A stretch of 36,752 nucleotides of DNA from NCBI GenBank assembly GCA_900319895.1, contig ONQK01000052.1, forward strand, positions 1-36,752, given 5' to 3'. The notes under the pieces were generated by a model that saw only the letters and a program-made list of their open reading frames with translations, had not been told where the DNA came from and did not search any database. This DNA is from an uncultured Prevotella sp. Its GTDB lineage: Bacteria > Bacteroidota > Bacteroidia > Bacteroidales > Bacteroidaceae. Shown piece after piece: positions 35,757 through 36,752 of this stretch. The position numbers and the translations under genes were made by a program. Every line of letters starts with the position of its first letter. Position 1 is the first letter of the stretch.

Positions 35757-36698
35757 ATGAGCAAAAGATTAGTCATTGCCCTGGGCGGAAACGCCCTCGG
35801 CAATAATCCGAAAGAGCAGCTGGAACTTGTGAAAAAAACGGCTGCAACCATCGTTGACCTTGTGGAAGAAGGCTACGACGTGGTCATCGGCCACGGCAAC
35901 GGCCCGCAGGTCGGCATGGTGAACTTAGCTTTTGAATACGCGCACAACAACGACGGCAAAACGCCCGCGATGCCCTTCCCCGAATGTGGCGCCATGACGC
36001 AGGGATACATCGGTTATCACTTGCAGCAGGCCGTGCAGCGCGAACTCGCCGTGCGCAACATCCAGAAACCTTGCGCCGCCATCGTGACGCAGGTCGTGGT
36101 CGATCAGAACGACAGCGCCTTCCAAAATCCCACGAAACCCGTTGGAATGTTCTATTCGAAGGAAGATGCCGAGCGCATCGCCGCCGAAACGGGCTACACC
36201 TTCGTGGAGGATGCCGGTCGTGGCTATCGTCGCGTGGTTCCCTCGCCGATTCCCTCGAAAATCGTGGAATTGCCCGTTGTGGAGCAGTTGGTTGACATGC
36301 ACAGCGTCATCATCACCGTCGGCGGCGGTGGCATTCCCGTCATTGAGAAGGGAGTGGGCGACTACGAAGGCGTCGCTGCCGTCATCGACAAAGACCGCGC
36401 CAGTGCGAAGCTCGCACTCGACTTGAAGGCCGACATGCTCGTCATTCTGACGGCGGTCGAAAAGGTGGCCATCAACTTCAACAAGCCCGACCAGAAGAAC
36501 CTCGACCAGATGACCGTAGCTGAGGCTCGTCAGTACATCGCCGAGGGTCATTTCGCACCGGGCTCGATGCTTCCGAAAGTGGAGTCGTGCATCAGTTTCG
36601 TGGAAAACACGACTGGCGGACGCGCCCTCATCACCTCGCTCGAAAAGGCGAAGGAGGCTTTACAAGGCAAGACCGGCACGATGCTGGTGAAGGAATAA
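35757..36698 (+). CDS. arcC: Carbamate kinase
   Basis: ALGGNAL, HGNGPQVG, QGYIGY, PTKPVG, RRVVPSP, GGGGIPV, IDKD, GSMLPK. Confidence 0.96.
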   Translation: MSKRLVIALGGNALGNNPKEQLELVKKTAATIVDLVEEGYDVVIGHGNGPQVGMVNLAFEYAHNNDGKTPAMPFPECGAMTQGYIGYHLQQAVQRELAVRNIQKPCAAIVTQVVVDQNDSAFQNPTKPVGMFYSKEDAERIAAETGYTFVEDAGRGYRRVVPSPIPSKIVELPVVEQLVDMHSVIITVGGGGIPVIEKGVGDYEGVAAVIDKDRASAKLALDLKADMLVILTAVEKVAINFNKPDQKNLDQMTVAEARQYIAEGHFAPGSMLPKVESCISFVENTTGGRALITSLEKAKEALQGKTGTMLVKE

Positions 36699-36711
36699 GC
36701 TTTTACCTATC

Positions 36712-36751
36712 AAAAAATCAGCCTCTGCGTGATTGCGGAGGCTGATTTTTT
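36712..36751 (+). terminator. Terminator of arcC (possibly bidirectional)
   Basis: AAAAAATCAGCCTCTGC-GTGATT-GCGGAGGCTGATTTTTT. Confidence 0.9.
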
Positions 36752-36752
36752 C

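Overview
Core-genome window from a Bacteroidales bacterium, most likely Prevotellaceae. This is inferred from the gene set, TAnnTTTG -7 promoter boxes upstream of most transcription units, A-rich starts without Shine-Dalgarno sites, and T9SS-like C-termini. No CRISPR array, rRNA, tRNA or intact mobile element was seen. The left third holds a complete branched-chain amino acid fermentation route (ilvE, ptb-buk, four-subunit 2-oxoacid:ferredoxin oxidoreductase) around ffh-folD. The middle holds several peptidases (S9, M48, two tandem S8), a WecB-like epimerase with altered catalytic motifs, an NfeD/SPFH pair, flavodoxin and aroC/slyD/LMW-PTP. Between the two S8 paralogues lies about 0.85 kb of deletion-fused remnants (Crp, SDR, ECF sigma, unknown) with a perfect 36-bp palindrome. 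The right third links arginine catabolism to pyrimidine synthesis: pyrK-pyrD, arcA, pruA and an apparent pyrB-pyrI-OTC-arcC operon. Non-coding highlights are a candidate ~100-nt sRNA with its own promoter and terminator (23646-23757, minus), a second candidate downstream of flavodoxin with a similar U-rich seed, a 21-bp-phased CGACWA repeat array, and a structured spacer before an HU-like gene. All calls come from motif recognition by eye; no searches were run.
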